Origin: Longimicrobiales bacterium
GTDB taxonomy: Bacteria; Gemmatimonadota; Gemmatimonadetes; Longimicrobiales; Gaopeijiaceae
NCBI GenBank assembly: GCA_965218295.1
Contig: CBDCKN010000014.1
Location: forward strand, 64,001 to 128,000
DNA: 64,000 nucleotides
Direction of reading: 5' to 3'
Part shown: piece by piece, positions 9,350 through 18,988 of the stretch
How the letters are laid out: each line of letters starts with the position of its first letter
How positions within the stretch are numbered: the stretch's first letter is position 1
Notes under the pieces: generated by a model
The model's input: only the letters and a program-made list of their open reading frames with translations
The model's database searches: none
What the model was told of the DNA's origin: nothing
Program-made: the position numbers and the translations under genes

Positions 9350-11695
9350 ATGACAGCCTCCGGCGTGGCTCAGCCCGATCAAGCGACCGGTCTTTCACTG
9401 GATACGCTCGACGCGGTTCAGCGAAGGGTCCTTTGGCTCGCAGTCAGCATGGTGCACCATGCGAACAGAGTGCGGAAGGTCGAATCCGGGGTGAAGGTCG
9501 GGGGGCACCAGGCGTCTTCGGCGTCGATGGTGAGCATCATGTCGGCGCTGTACTTCGGAGACCTGGGCGCCTCCGACCGGGTCTCGGTGAAGCCGCACGC
9601 GGCGCCGGTCCTTCATGCAATCAACTACCTTCTCGGCCAGCTCGACGCGAGTTACCTGACGCAGCTCCGTTCCTTTGGAGGGCTCCAGAGCTATCCCAGC
9701 CGGCTGAAGGATCCGGATCCGGTCGATTTTTCTACGGGTTCGGTGGGGATCGGGGCGACCAGCACGATCTGGAGCGCGATGGCACATCGGTATGTCTCGG
9801 ACCACTTCGATGTGCCCCGGGGAGGAAGACAGATCGCTCTCGTCGGCGACGCGGAGCTGGACGAAGGCGCCATATGGGAGGCGATTTCGGACCCGATGGT
9901 CCCGCGCCTCGATGAGGTCCTCTGGGTCGTCGACATCAACCGTCAGTCGCTCGATCGGGTCGTGCCGGAGATCGCCGTGGGGCGAATCGCGGCAATGTTC
10001 GAGGCGGCGGGTTGGCATACGGTAACGACCAAGTACGGTTCCAGGTTGCGTGAGTTGTTCTCGCGACCGGGAGGAGAGGGGCTACGCCAACGCATCGACA
10101 CGATGTCGAATCAAGAGTACCAGCGGCTTCTCGTCGCTGACCCGTCCGAGCTGAGGGAGCGACTTCCAGGTGGGGCGGGCTCCGAGCGTTCCGAGATTCA
10201 AAGGGTAATCAACGAACTCGACGACGGGGAGCTCCTCGGGGCTATCCGCGACCTCGGCGGCCACGACCTAGGGGATCTCCTTCAGGCGTTCCGCGAAACC
10301 GATGCGGTCTCCGACCGACCGTCCGTGGTCTTCGCCTATACGATCAAGGGCTGGCAATTGCCGATAGAGGGGCACCCCGCGAACCACTCTGCCCTCCTCA
10401 CTCAGGAGCAGTGGGAGCAGCTAGCCAGCCACCTCGGCGCCGACGCGGCGGAGCCCTGGGCGATGTTCGACTCCGACTCTGACGCTGGCCGACTTTGCCA
10501 CAGTGCGGCCGAGAGGCTGAAGCGCGATCCGATTCAGCTGACTCCCCTGCCGCGCATCCCTGTCGAACTTGGCCGGAGCCATACATCGTCCGTCTCTACG
10601 CAGCAGGCCTTCGGTCGTTTCTTCAGCGACCTCAGCAGGGAGGCCCCCGAAGTCACCCGGCACGTCGTCACAGTGAGCCCGGACGTGGCTTCTTCGACCA
10701 ACCTCGGCGGCTGGATCAACCGCGTCGGCGTCTGGAGCATGCGTGAGCAGCGCGACTGGTTCGCTGATGACTCGGGGACCGTTGTGCACTGGAGCGAGGG
10801 TGGTCAGGGCCAGCATATCGAGTTGGGGATCGCCGAGGATAACCTGGTCGGTCTTCTCGGGGAGCTCGGGTTGACCTGGGCGCGGGACTGGCAGCCACTC
10901 CTTCCGATCGGGACTTTGTACGACCCCTTCGTCAATCGGGCACTGGAGCCCTGGTCGTTCGGAATCTATGCGGGAGGTCAGTCGATCCTCGTCGGCACGC
11001 CGTCGGGGGTAACGCTGGCGCCCGAAGGTGGCGCCCACCAGTCGATCGGCACACCCTCGGTCGGCCTGGAGCAGCCCGGATGCGTGGCGTGGGAGCCTGC
11101 CTTCGGTCAGGATATGGAGTGGACCCTGCTGCACGCTCTATCCCAGCTCGGTCGCGCTGACGGTACCTCAGCATACTTCAGGCTCTCGACCCGACCGGTC
11201 GATGAGCGACTTGCCCAGGTCCCCGACGACCTCGGGCTCAGGGAGGCCCGACGAAAAACGGTGTTGGCCGGGGGCTATCGGCTGCGAATGGCGCCCCGAA
11301 ATCCGGAGGTCACGCTCGTCGGGGTCGGCGCCATCATGCCCGAAGTGTGCGAGGCAGCGGACGAGCTAGAGAGGTCGAACTTGGCGGTCGATGTCCTATG
11401 TCTGACGTCGCCGGACCTGATATTCCGTGCTATTCAGGCGAGGCAGGGGCTTTTAAGGGCCGACCATTCAGTTCTCGACCATCTCTTCCCGCCGGATCGC
11501 CGGTCACCGATCGTGACGGTGATGGATGGTCACCCGCACACCTTGGCGTTCCTAGGCGCCATCCACGCCGTTCGCATCGTTTCGCTGGGGGTAAGTGACT
11601 TCGGACAGTCCGGCGACATCCAGGATCTATACCGGCACTTCGGAATCGACAGCGACACGATCGTGGGTGCGGCGTTCGACGTGATGGAAGGGTGA
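9350..11695 (+). CDS. pyruvate dehydrogenase E1 (homodimeric AceE-like)/transketolase-family ThDP enzyme
   Basis: KVGGHQASSAS, KPHAAP, GGLQSYPS, STGSVG, GDAELDEG...N ThDP motif, ELGIAE and EGGAHQS. Confidence 0.9.
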   Translation: MTASGVAQPDQATGLSLDTLDAVQRRVLWLAVSMVHHANRVRKVESGVKVGGHQASSASMVSIMSALYFGDLGASDRVSVKPHAAPVLHAINYLLGQLDASYLTQLRSFGGLQSYPSRLKDPDPVDFSTGSVGIGATSTIWSAMAHRYVSDHFDVPRGGRQIALVGDAELDEGAIWEAISDPMVPRLDEVLWVVDINRQSLDRVVPEIAVGRIAAMFEAAGWHTVTTKYGSRLRELFSRPGGEGLRQRIDTMSNQEYQRLLVADPSELRERLPGGAGSERSEIQRVINELDDGELLGAIRDLGGHDLGDLLQAFRETDAVSDRPSVVFAYTIKGWQLPIEGHPANHSALLTQEQWEQLASHLGADAAEPWAMFDSDSDAGRLCHSAAERLKRDPIQLTPLPRIPVELGRSHTSSVSTQQAFGRFFSDLSREAPEVTRHVVTVSPDVASSTNLGGWINRVGVWSMREQRDWFADDSGTVVHWSEGGQGQHIELGIAEDNLVGLLGELGLTWARDWQPLLPIGTLYDPFVNRALEPWSFGIYAGGQSILVGTPSGVTLAPEGGAHQSIGTPSVGLEQPGCVAWEPAFGQDMEWTLLHALSQLGRADGTSAYFRLSTRPVDERLAQVPDDLGLREARRKTVLAGGYRLRMAPRNPEVTLVGVGAIMPEVCEAADELERSNLAVDVLCLTSPDLIFRAIQARQGLLRADHSVLDHLFPPDRRSPIVTVMDGHPHTLAFLGAIHAVRIVSLGVSDFGQSGDIQDLYRHFGIDSDTIVGAAFDVMEG

Positions 11696-12087
11696 GGCAC
11701 CCTCGCGCTGAACCAGAATGAGGAAAGAGCTCCGAGCGAGATTCTCACGGCCAGATTCACGTCGAAGGATATAGCGAGGCGGAAGGCGGAGAATCCCTCC
11801 CGAGGCCGCGTGGAGAACGAATAGTAGGGGCGTTACTCAAAAGGGAGCCTCCTCGCGATTCCCTGACCAGAGCCGCACGCCACAGGAGCCGCCCCGTAAA
11901 TGCGTCGAGGGGGGGGTAGATCGACCTTTCCAGATCAAGCGATTACCGCGCATGTGCGGGATGTTATGGGCCTGTGCTGTCTCAGGCTGCGCTCCGCAGA
12001 CCGGGATCCCGGGGTGGCCGTGGGGTACTTCCAGCGGTCCGCGTTCTCGAACGGACGAGCCGTTCAACCTCGTCTAGGAGCGCAAGT

Positions 12088-12395
12088 ATGCCGTCTCAGA
12101 TCCGTCGTACAGAGTATTTCTACACAACCGTGAAGGATGAACCGGGCGACGCCTACAAGCTCCTCTCGCTGCTCGCGGAAGTGGGCGTGAATCTCCTCGC
12201 CTTTACCGCTGTGCCGATCGGTCCTCTACACACGCAGCTCACGCTCTTCCCCGCAGATCCGCCGAAGCTGACGCACGCGGCGAAGGACGCGGGCTTCGTC
12301 CTGGATGGGCCCCACCTCGCGTTCATCGTGAGCGGGGACGACGAGCTCGGAGCCCTCGCCGACATCCACTCCGAGCTCTACCGGGCGAACGTCAA
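12088..12395 (+). pseudogene. ACT-domain protein, 3' truncated
   Basis: RBS AGGAG; VKDEPGDAYKLLSLLAEVGVNL...GDDELGALADIHSELYRANVN, then unrelated sequence. Confidence 0.7.
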
Positions 12396-12426
12396 CCGGT
12401 GGAAGAGGCTGCGGGGAGCGGGCTCT

Positions 12427-12580
12427 TCACAACGGGTACCGCTCCGCGAGGCGCCGGGCAATGACGAGCTGCTGGATCTCGTTCACCCTCTCCCCACGAT
12501 GAGGACGGACGTGTCGCGGTAGAATCGCTCGATGGGGAACTCCTGCGAGTAGCCGTACCACCGTGATTCGCATCGCCTCC
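12427..12580 (-). pseudogene. acyl-CoA dehydrogenase C-terminal fragment
   Basis: EAMRI..GYGYSQEFPIERFYRD...NEIQQLVIARRL spread over shifted frames. Confidence 0.75.
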
Positions 12581-12584
12581 AAGC

Positions 12585-12857
12585 CTCTCCGAGATCGAGT
12601 GGCTCTTTCGCAGCTGCAAGGGCGTGGACCTCGAGGTGCGACCGATCTACCACCGCAGAGAGGACCGGGTCCGGGCTCACGTCTTCCTCTATATGCTGGC
12701 GTACTATGTGGAGTGGCACATGAGGCGGGCTCTGGCCCCGCTGCTCTTCGACGAGGAGGACCCGGCCGGGGCCGAGGCCCGGCGGACCACCGTCGTGGCT
12801 CCGGTCCAGCGCTCTCGGACCACCCAGAAGAAAGCCCAGCGGACCCGCCACCAATAG
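12585..12857 (+). mobile_element. IS1634-family transposase C-terminal fragment
   Basis: DLEVRPIYHRREDRVRAHVFLYMLAYYVEWHMRRALAPLLFDEED. Confidence 0.8.
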
Positions 12858-12932
12858 AAAAAGCAAAGCAGCACAAGGAATCCCATATTCGACGTAGCCG
12901 GGATCTTCGGCCCAAGCTTTACTAGCTCAGCC

Positions 12933-14378
12933 TCAGTCTCGGTCTGGCGGAGTCCACATACGGTTGTACTTAACTGGCATGTACTGATCACCACGGATAA
13001 AGCGCGAGGTGTAACTCCCGTCCAACGACCTCGCCAGCTCATTGAGGTGCTCCGGGTCCGTGCTCCCCCAGCTTCCGGTGTCCAGGCGGTGCATCATAGT
13101 TTCAATCAGGGCATGGCTTTCTGTAGGGGTGAAACCACAGTGCGTAGGCGCCTCGATGATTGCTGTGCGGTACAGGTCATCCTTGCCGTTTGCGCGTACC
13201 AGATCGGTATAACCTTGGGCCAAGCTAAGGGGAGCTAGAGGATCTCCGATCTCGTGCATCCGCAGAACCGGAACCTGCGGATCGCCCACGTAATTGCGCC
13301 CGGGCGCACTCCACCACTCGATTGCCTCTTCGTCCGCCGAGATGCGGGGAAACGCGTTGATCCGCTTGAGATCATCCTGAAGATCAAGACCGGCTTCCTG
13401 ATACAGCTGACGAACCGCTCGCTTGTTGAACTCGTTGCCGTTGTTGAAAAACTCCCTGTAGTCGACGCCGGTGTTCCACGATAACTGAGTCGACCGCTCA
13501 AAGCCGGCCGTGTTCTCGAACATGTACCGTGATATACCGCCTATTTGGCGGGGGGCGGCACCAAGGAGAACACTCTGGTACATACTGTACTGAAGCGCAG
13601 CTACATCGTTCCGATCCGGATTCGGCTCCGTCGGGGTCGTCCATTCCGTTTCCTGTCCGATCGTCATGGCAAGCGCAATACGGGCCCGGCCCCCCGGAGT
13701 CTGCTGGGCAGCCCTGATCGCTTGGCGCCACGCAAAAGCGAGTGAGGTGTATTCTGGTCGTAGGGAAGAGCTATGAGGAAGATCCACGATACGCAGGTCA
13801 GGAGCGATCAACGCCTTCAGGACAAACCACTTGTCCAGCTTCGTATTCATCAACCACACCCGGTTTGGCGCGGCCGTGGCGATCACGCCATCGACCCGGT
13901 CGGAGAAATCCTCCGCAATGGCGAGCCCGGCGTGGCCGCCTCCGGAGCATCCATATTGGATGACTCGATCCGGCTTACGGAAGTGCTCCTCGAACACATC
14001 AAGCACCGTATTGAGATGCCTAATCTCTCTCGCGGGATCGTAGTTGCCGACCCATCGGCGCTCATGCCGGGCCGTTCCTGATACGGCGTACCCCTTTTCG
14101 AGCAGGTATAGATAACGATCGCTGTTGGCACCAGAGGCATAGTCCAGATCCCTGATGAGCGTTCCGTTCCAGTTGGATGGAACCCGCATCAGGTACCGCG
14201 TTCCATCGCCAAGCGTACCTCCCTCCTCGGTGTACGTTACCTGCGCGGTGGTCCCGGTGCCGCACCCGATCATCAGCCCAACAAGGAAGGCGACAATCGA
14301 CGCCACAAGCAGTCGGCCTCCAAGATCTCTCGCTGGCGAAAGGGCACCACGGGGGCCAGCCGGCGTTGTTCTCATCAT
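12933..14378 (-). CDS. tannase/feruloyl-esterase-like alpha/beta hydrolase, copy 1 (putative lipoprotein)
   Basis: VPSNWNGTL, GCSGGG nucleophile, EIGDPL and THCGF (CS-D-HC arrangement); signal ends LMIG-C. Confidence 0.8.
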   Translation of the reverse strand: MMRTTPAGPRGALSPARDLGGRLLVASIVAFLVGLMIGCGTGTTAQVTYTEEGGTLGDGTRYLMRVPSNWNGTLIRDLDYASGANSDRYLYLLEKGYAVSGTARHERRWVGNYDPAREIRHLNTVLDVFEEHFRKPDRVIQYGCSGGGHAGLAIAEDFSDRVDGVIATAAPNRVWLMNTKLDKWFVLKALIAPDLRIVDLPHSSSLRPEYTSLAFAWRQAIRAAQQTPGGRARIALAMTIGQETEWTTPTEPNPDRNDVAALQYSMYQSVLLGAAPRQIGGISRYMFENTAGFERSTQLSWNTGVDYREFFNNGNEFNKRAVRQLYQEAGLDLQDDLKRINAFPRISADEEAIEWWSAPGRNYVGDPQVPVLRMHEIGDPLAPLSLAQGYTDLVRANGKDDLYRTAIIEAPTHCGFTPTESHALIETMMHRLDTGSWGSTDPEHLNELARSLDGSYTSRFIRGDQYMPVKYNRMWTPPDRD

Positions 14379-14479
14379 CGTTGTCTCCTTTGCATCGTCT
14401 CAGACCTGCAAACCTGGGACCTGATCCACGTCGTTTCCGTTTCCCCGTTTCCGTTTCCCACAGGGCGATCGTGATTGCG

Positions 14480-14508
14480 GAAGTAGGTTGGACATCTAAT
14501 CCTGTCAA
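14480..14508 (-). promoter_or_regulatory. sigma70-like promoter with a near-palindromic operator in the spacer
   Basis: Minus strand TTGACA-17 nt-TACTTC; spacer contains TTAGATGTCCAA; conserved at 20548-20576. Confidence 0.55.
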
Positions 14509-14542
14509 GGGGTTACCTTATGGGCCATGTTGCTGTAGCAGG

Positions 14543-14640
14543 TGAGGTGCTCCCCGAGATCTGATCCGGTTTTTCTCCGATTCCTCAGACGAGAGGAGGG
14601 ATCATGAGACGGAGTCGATTCACCGAGGAGCAGATCATCG
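14543..14640 (+). mobile_element. IS3-family left end and orfA start (remnant)
   Basis: TG-starting end, RBS GGAGG, then MRRSRFTEEQII. Confidence 0.7.
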
Positions 14641-14771
14641 ACCCCCTCGGCCCGTTCGGGACGCCCCCCACATCCCGAAGGCATCCTGAATCAAACGGCC
14701 CGGTGCATTTGGGCTGGCTGGATGAAGCTGCCTGCCGCATGATGGACGTGCGGGGTGAGCGCAGGAGACGC

Positions 14772-14826
14772 TGAACTGTCACCCATCAACCCGTGACGTT
14801 CTGTCACCCATCAGCTTGCTGGTTCA
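14772..14826. mobile_element. IS481-like end remnant
   Basis: Two CTGTCACCCATCA repeats followed by a terminal GGTTCA. Confidence 0.45.
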
Positions 14827-15039
14827 CTGCCGGCAACAGGTGGTAGGAGCCCGAGGCAACCGCTGGCCGGGGCCGCCTAGCGGTCGGAACGGCCGGTGAC
14901 ACGACTGGGCCACCTTCTTCGAATCGAAGATCCTGTGCCGTGAGCGCACGAAAAGGCGCGTGAAGCTCTCTTCCCTTGATCGGAGTGAGCCCGGGAAGGA
15001 TGGCCAGGAGTTCGGGGGAAGCCGCTCTCAGCATGGTCG

Positions 15040-15330
15040 TCTCAGGAAGAACGACTCCGTGGACTTCGTGCGCCCCTTGCGCTCTGCTTTTTCAGAGGCG
15101 AGGTTGCCGGTTCCGCTCGGGCCCTCCGCCCTTCGCTCGAGTTCGCCAACCCGTACTCGTTATCCGACATGCCTCGGCGCGGGTAGGGCAAGGATCGCCC
15201 AGACGCGCTGACGCACGCGGTCGTTGTCGCGGTGCTTCTCGACGATCTGGAGCTACTCGTACGGCCCCGACTGCTTCGCTCGGAGGAACATGGGCCTTCT
15301 CGGTCTCCACTACATGGGAAGATTAGGAAG
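15040..15330 (-). mobile_element. IS1634-family transposase N-terminal remnant
   Basis: Minus frame MFLRAKQSGPYE*LQIVEKHRDNDRVRQRV, with an internal stop. Confidence 0.65.
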
Positions 15331-15405
15331 AATACATGGTGCGCCTCCTTGTGCTTGTGCTGGGGCGGGTGAAGATTTGCGCTTCGGGCTCCTGACACCT
15401 TCAGC

Positions 15406-15451
15406 CTACGCCTATGCCTGGGGAGGCGCGACTTCTTTCCCAGGCCTTTCA
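15406..15451. repeat. 46-47 bp hairpin repeat, copy A
   Basis: CTACGCCTATGCCTGGGGAGGCGCGACTTCTTTCCCAGGCCTTTCA; similar copy at 18926-18972. Confidence 0.75.
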
Positions 15452-15464
15452 CTGCATCAGGGTT

Positions 15465-15493
15465 GAGGTGTCCACGAAACCGGGTCAACTCCA
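15465..15493. mobile_element. isolated IS3-family terminal repeat
   Basis: GAGGTGTCCACGAAACCGGGTCAACTCCA, an IS3-like end finishing in CA. Confidence 0.55.
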
Positions 15494-15697
15494 CGGCAGA
15501 GGCGCTCGATGCACCCCCCTCCGGTCCGGTTGTTCCCACGGGGAGGGAGGGAGACCCCAGGGGGGGCGAGCGAGGGCCCTCGATCCCCTCCGCTCTGACC
15601 GGCCGCAGGGCCCTAGTTTCGTGGCCGATGTCCACCACCCCCCTACCCGGAGCCGTTCGGGGGAGAACCCCACAGCCCCGGCCCCGGGGAGAGACCG

Positions 15698-17224
15698 ATG
15701 AGCGAGGACGGACTTCTCAGGCGCAACGTGCTCCGGTCCCTCGACTACGTCGAGCGGGTCGGGAACCGGCTCCCGGACCCCGTCACCATCTTCATCCTCT
15801 TCAGCTTCCTCGTGCTGGGAGTGTCGTGGGCGGCGGCGGTCCTCGGCGTCCGGGCCACCCACCCGGGGACCGGGGAGGACGTGACTGCGATCAACCTCCT
15901 CACCAGCGAGAATGTTCAGCGGATGCTCGTGGAGATGCCCCGGACGTTCACCGACTTCCCGCCCCTAGGCATCGTCCTCCTCGTCATGCTCGGGATCGGG
16001 GTGGCCGAGCGGACCGGCCTCATCGAGACGGTCCTCAAGGTTTCCGTCCGGAGCATGCCTCCACGCTTCATCACGGGGGCCATCGTCCTGGCTGGGATCC
16101 TCTCGAGCATCGGTGTGATCGCCGGGTACGTGGTGGTACTCCCCCTGGGTGCCCTCGTTTTCCACGGGATCGGCCGTCACCCCATCGCCGGGCTCGCCGC
16201 CGCCTTCGCCGGCGTTTCCGCCGGGTTAACTGCGAACCTCTTCCTCACCCCCCTCGACCCCCTCCTGACCAGCTTCACCCAGCCGGCGGCCCAGCTCCTG
16301 GACCCCGAATACGTCGTGGACCCCACGGCGAACTACTGGCTCATGATGGCCCTCGTCCCCGTCTTCACCGTGGCGGGGATCTACGTCACCGAAAACGTCC
16401 TGGAGCCACACCTGGGCCCGTACGAGGGGAAGGTGGTCCTGGAGGAAGTGGAGGAGGACACACTCACGCCGGAGGAGCGGAAGGGGCTCTGGACCGCCGC
16501 CGTCGTCGCCCTCCTCACCCTCGCCGTCGTCGCCCTCATGGTGGTGCCGGAGAACGGGATCCTCCGGGGCGAGAACGGGGAGATCACCCCCTTCCTGAGC
16601 AGCATCGTGTCCCTGATGCTCTTCGTCTTCCTTCTTCCGGGCCTCGCCTACGGGATGGTGACCCGGAAGATCAAGAGCGACCGGGACGTGGCCCGGATGA
16701 CCGCCGACGCCATGGCGAGCATGGGTCACTACATCGTCCTCGCATTCGTCGCGGCCCACTTCATCGCCTTCTTCGCCTGGTCGAACCTGGGCCTGATTCT
16801 GGCCATCACCGGGGCGGACCTGCTCCGGGCCGTGGGGTTCACCGGCATCCCTCTATTCGTCTCCTTCGTCTTCGTCTCGGCCTTCATCAACCTCTTCATC
16901 GCAAGCATGTCAGCGAAGTGGGCCATCATGTCCCCCATCTTCGTCCCCATGTTCATGCTTCTGGGCTACTCGCCGGAGCTGACCCAGGCGGCGTACCGGA
17001 TCGGGGACTCCTTCACCAACATCCTCACTCCCCTCCTCCCCTACTACCCCCTTGTGATTACCTTCGCCCGGAAGTACGAAGAGGACATTAGGATCGGGAC
17101 CCTCCTCAGCGCGATGCTCCCATACTCCCTCGCCTACGGCGCGCTCGGAATTGGGATGGTGGTCCTCTGGATGGCCTTCGGGTTCCCCCTGGGACCGGAC
17201 GTTTCGATGTACTACAGGCCCTAG
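15698..17224 (+). CDS. abgT: AbgT family transporter
   Basis: ERVGNRLPDP, FPPLGIVL, GRHPIAGLAAAFAGVS, SAKWAIM and AYRIGDSFTNILTP. Confidence 0.9.
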   Translation: MSEDGLLRRNVLRSLDYVERVGNRLPDPVTIFILFSFLVLGVSWAAAVLGVRATHPGTGEDVTAINLLTSENVQRMLVEMPRTFTDFPPLGIVLLVMLGIGVAERTGLIETVLKVSVRSMPPRFITGAIVLAGILSSIGVIAGYVVVLPLGALVFHGIGRHPIAGLAAAFAGVSAGLTANLFLTPLDPLLTSFTQPAAQLLDPEYVVDPTANYWLMMALVPVFTVAGIYVTENVLEPHLGPYEGKVVLEEVEEDTLTPEERKGLWTAAVVALLTLAVVALMVVPENGILRGENGEITPFLSSIVSLMLFVFLLPGLAYGMVTRKIKSDRDVARMTADAMASMGHYIVLAFVAAHFIAFFAWSNLGLILAITGADLLRAVGFTGIPLFVSFVFVSAFINLFIASMSAKWAIMSPIFVPMFMLLGYSPELTQAAYRIGDSFTNILTPLLPYYPLVITFARKYEEDIRIGTLLSAMLPYSLAYGALGIGMVVLWMAFGFPLGPDVSMYYRP

Positions 17225-17830
17225 CTCAGCTTACGTGCGAAGAGTGGTAGCAAACGAGTCAAGTTTTCAGGCAGCGAGCCGTAGCTGTCCACAGCAGTCA
17301 TCCATGGCCTCCTCGATGCGGCGGAAGGCAACGTGGAGCTTCAAGCCTGGTCTGGATTCGGTTTCGAGCACCTGGGCGAGCCCGTCGCGCACGATACGGG
17401 CGTAGGCCCGGGTGAAGGAGAGGGTGGCTCGGAGCCCGAAGTCAGTCAGCCGGTAGCGGTGGCGGCCCTCCATGCGCTCGATGAGCCCATGCAGACGGAG
17501 TCGCCGGAGGTCGTAGGTCATCCGGCCCGGGGTGATGTGGCCGGGATCGATCCCCAGCAGTGGAGCGACATACTCCCGCAGATCGCGATTGGAAAACCCG
17601 CGGGGCTGGAGACGGAAGACCACCAGGGCGGACAACAGCTTCTGCACGCGCTCGTCGTCGAAGCGAAGAGCCGAGACCCGCCGACCGTTCACCTTGAGGG
17701 GTCGAGCCACCTGGCGGGAAGCGTCCTCACCGATTCGGCAGTCGTGGGTCAGTCGTTGGACGTCCAGGAGACGTCGGTTGGCCTGGAAGCCGACCTGGCG
17801 TAGCACCGGGAGGTTCTTGAGCCGCCTGCC
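17221..17830 (-). mobile_element. C-terminal remnant and end of an unclassified putative transposase with a winged helix
   Basis: RLKNLPVLRQVGFQANRRLL...GFSNRDLR...MTYDLRRLRLHGLIERMEGRHRYRLT; stop at 17267, then a short tail ending in CTAG. Confidence 0.55.
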
Positions 17831-17831
17831 G

Positions 17832-17967
17832 ATTGAGGTTCTCGCTACAGCGGATCCTCTGGTGGAGGACGATGGTGCCCTCCTGGTCGAGGATGCAGAG
17901 GTAGAGGGTTCGGGCATGGAGGTCGACGTCGCAGTAGTGCAGGTGCTACTTTCGATAGAATCGCATG
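17832..17967 (-). mobile_element. IS110-family transposase N-terminal fragment
   Basis: MRFYRK*HLHYCDVDLHARTLYLCILDQEG (degenerate GxDLH motif, internal stop). Confidence 0.7.
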
Positions 17968-18067
17968 GTCCCCTCTTGGGCGTGATGTGGAATCGCAATC
18001 AACATCCTTTGAAGACGACTACTATTGTGAATAACGTGTTCGCAGCCAATCGATGGAGGAAGGCGAC

Positions 18068-18862
18068 ATGACGGCAATCACTGAAAAAGACCCCCTGAAG
18101 GTGTACTGGCAGCCAGGCTGCTCGAGTTGCCTGAAGACCAAGGAATTCCTCATCTCGAACGGCATTGAGTTCGAGTCCATCAACGTGCTCGAGGACGAGA
18201 ATGCCTTCAAGGAGCTCGAAGCCCTGGGCGTTCGGATGGTGCCCATCGTCGCTCGCGGGAAGGACTGGGCCAACGGCCAGGTGTTCCGGGACGTCGCTCG
18301 GGTGGCTGGGTTTGCGTGGAGCGGGCACAAGATGCTCTCGCCTGAGGAGATGGTGGCACGGATCAACAACGTTCTGGAAGGGGCAATGCGCTTTCTCCGC
18401 CAGATCCCGGAGGAGAAACTCGACACCATGCTCCCCGGCCGTCCGCGCTCTTACCGCCAGCTTGCCTACCACATCTTCCAGATCCCCGACGTGCTTTTGG
18501 ACCGCGTCGAGCGGGACGTGCCCTATACCTACGAGTCGCTGCTGGGCCAACTTCCGCCGCAATTGAAGACCAAGGACGATCTGCTGAGCTACGCCGCAGG
18601 CGTAAAGGCGCGGCTGAGCGCCTGGTGGGAGAGCAAGGGACGAGAGACTGATTTCAATCAGCCCGGCAAGGTCTATTACGGCGACGTCACCCTACACGAG
18701 GTGCTCGAGCGCACCGGCTGGCACTCGGGACAACACACACGCCAGCTCATGCTTGCTGTGGGAAAGCTCGGCATCGAGCCGGATGAGCCGCTGACCGGCG
18801 CAGACTTTGCGGGTCTTCCCATGCCGAAGAACGTCTGGGACGACGAGAAGACCTGGGATTAG
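18068..18862 (+). CDS. glutaredoxin-like (CxxC) plus DinB-like fusion protein
   Basis: YWQPGCSSCLKTKEFL; then RQLAYHIF...ERTGWHSGQHTRQL, a DinB-type His pattern. Confidence 0.85.
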   Translation: MTAITEKDPLKVYWQPGCSSCLKTKEFLISNGIEFESINVLEDENAFKELEALGVRMVPIVARGKDWANGQVFRDVARVAGFAWSGHKMLSPEEMVARINNVLEGAMRFLRQIPEEKLDTMLPGRPRSYRQLAYHIFQIPDVLLDRVERDVPYTYESLLGQLPPQLKTKDDLLSYAAGVKARLSAWWESKGRETDFNQPGKVYYGDVTLHEVLERTGWHSGQHTRQLMLAVGKLGIEPDEPLTGADFAGLPMPKNVWDDEKTWD

Positions 18863-18925
18863 CCAAGAAAGGCTTGGAGTTTTGGCCTGGGCACCGCGCG
18901 GGCAGACTCCGGTCTTGCAGTACAA

Positions 18926-18972
18926 CTACGCCCATGCCCGGGGGAGGCGCGACTTCTTTTCCGGGCCTTTCA
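18926..18972. repeat. 46-47 bp hairpin repeat, copy B
   Basis: CTACGCCCATGCCCGGGGGAGGCGCGACTTCTTTTCCGGGCCTTTCA. Confidence 0.75.
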
Positions 18973-18988
18973 ATTCAATGCCTCAGCC

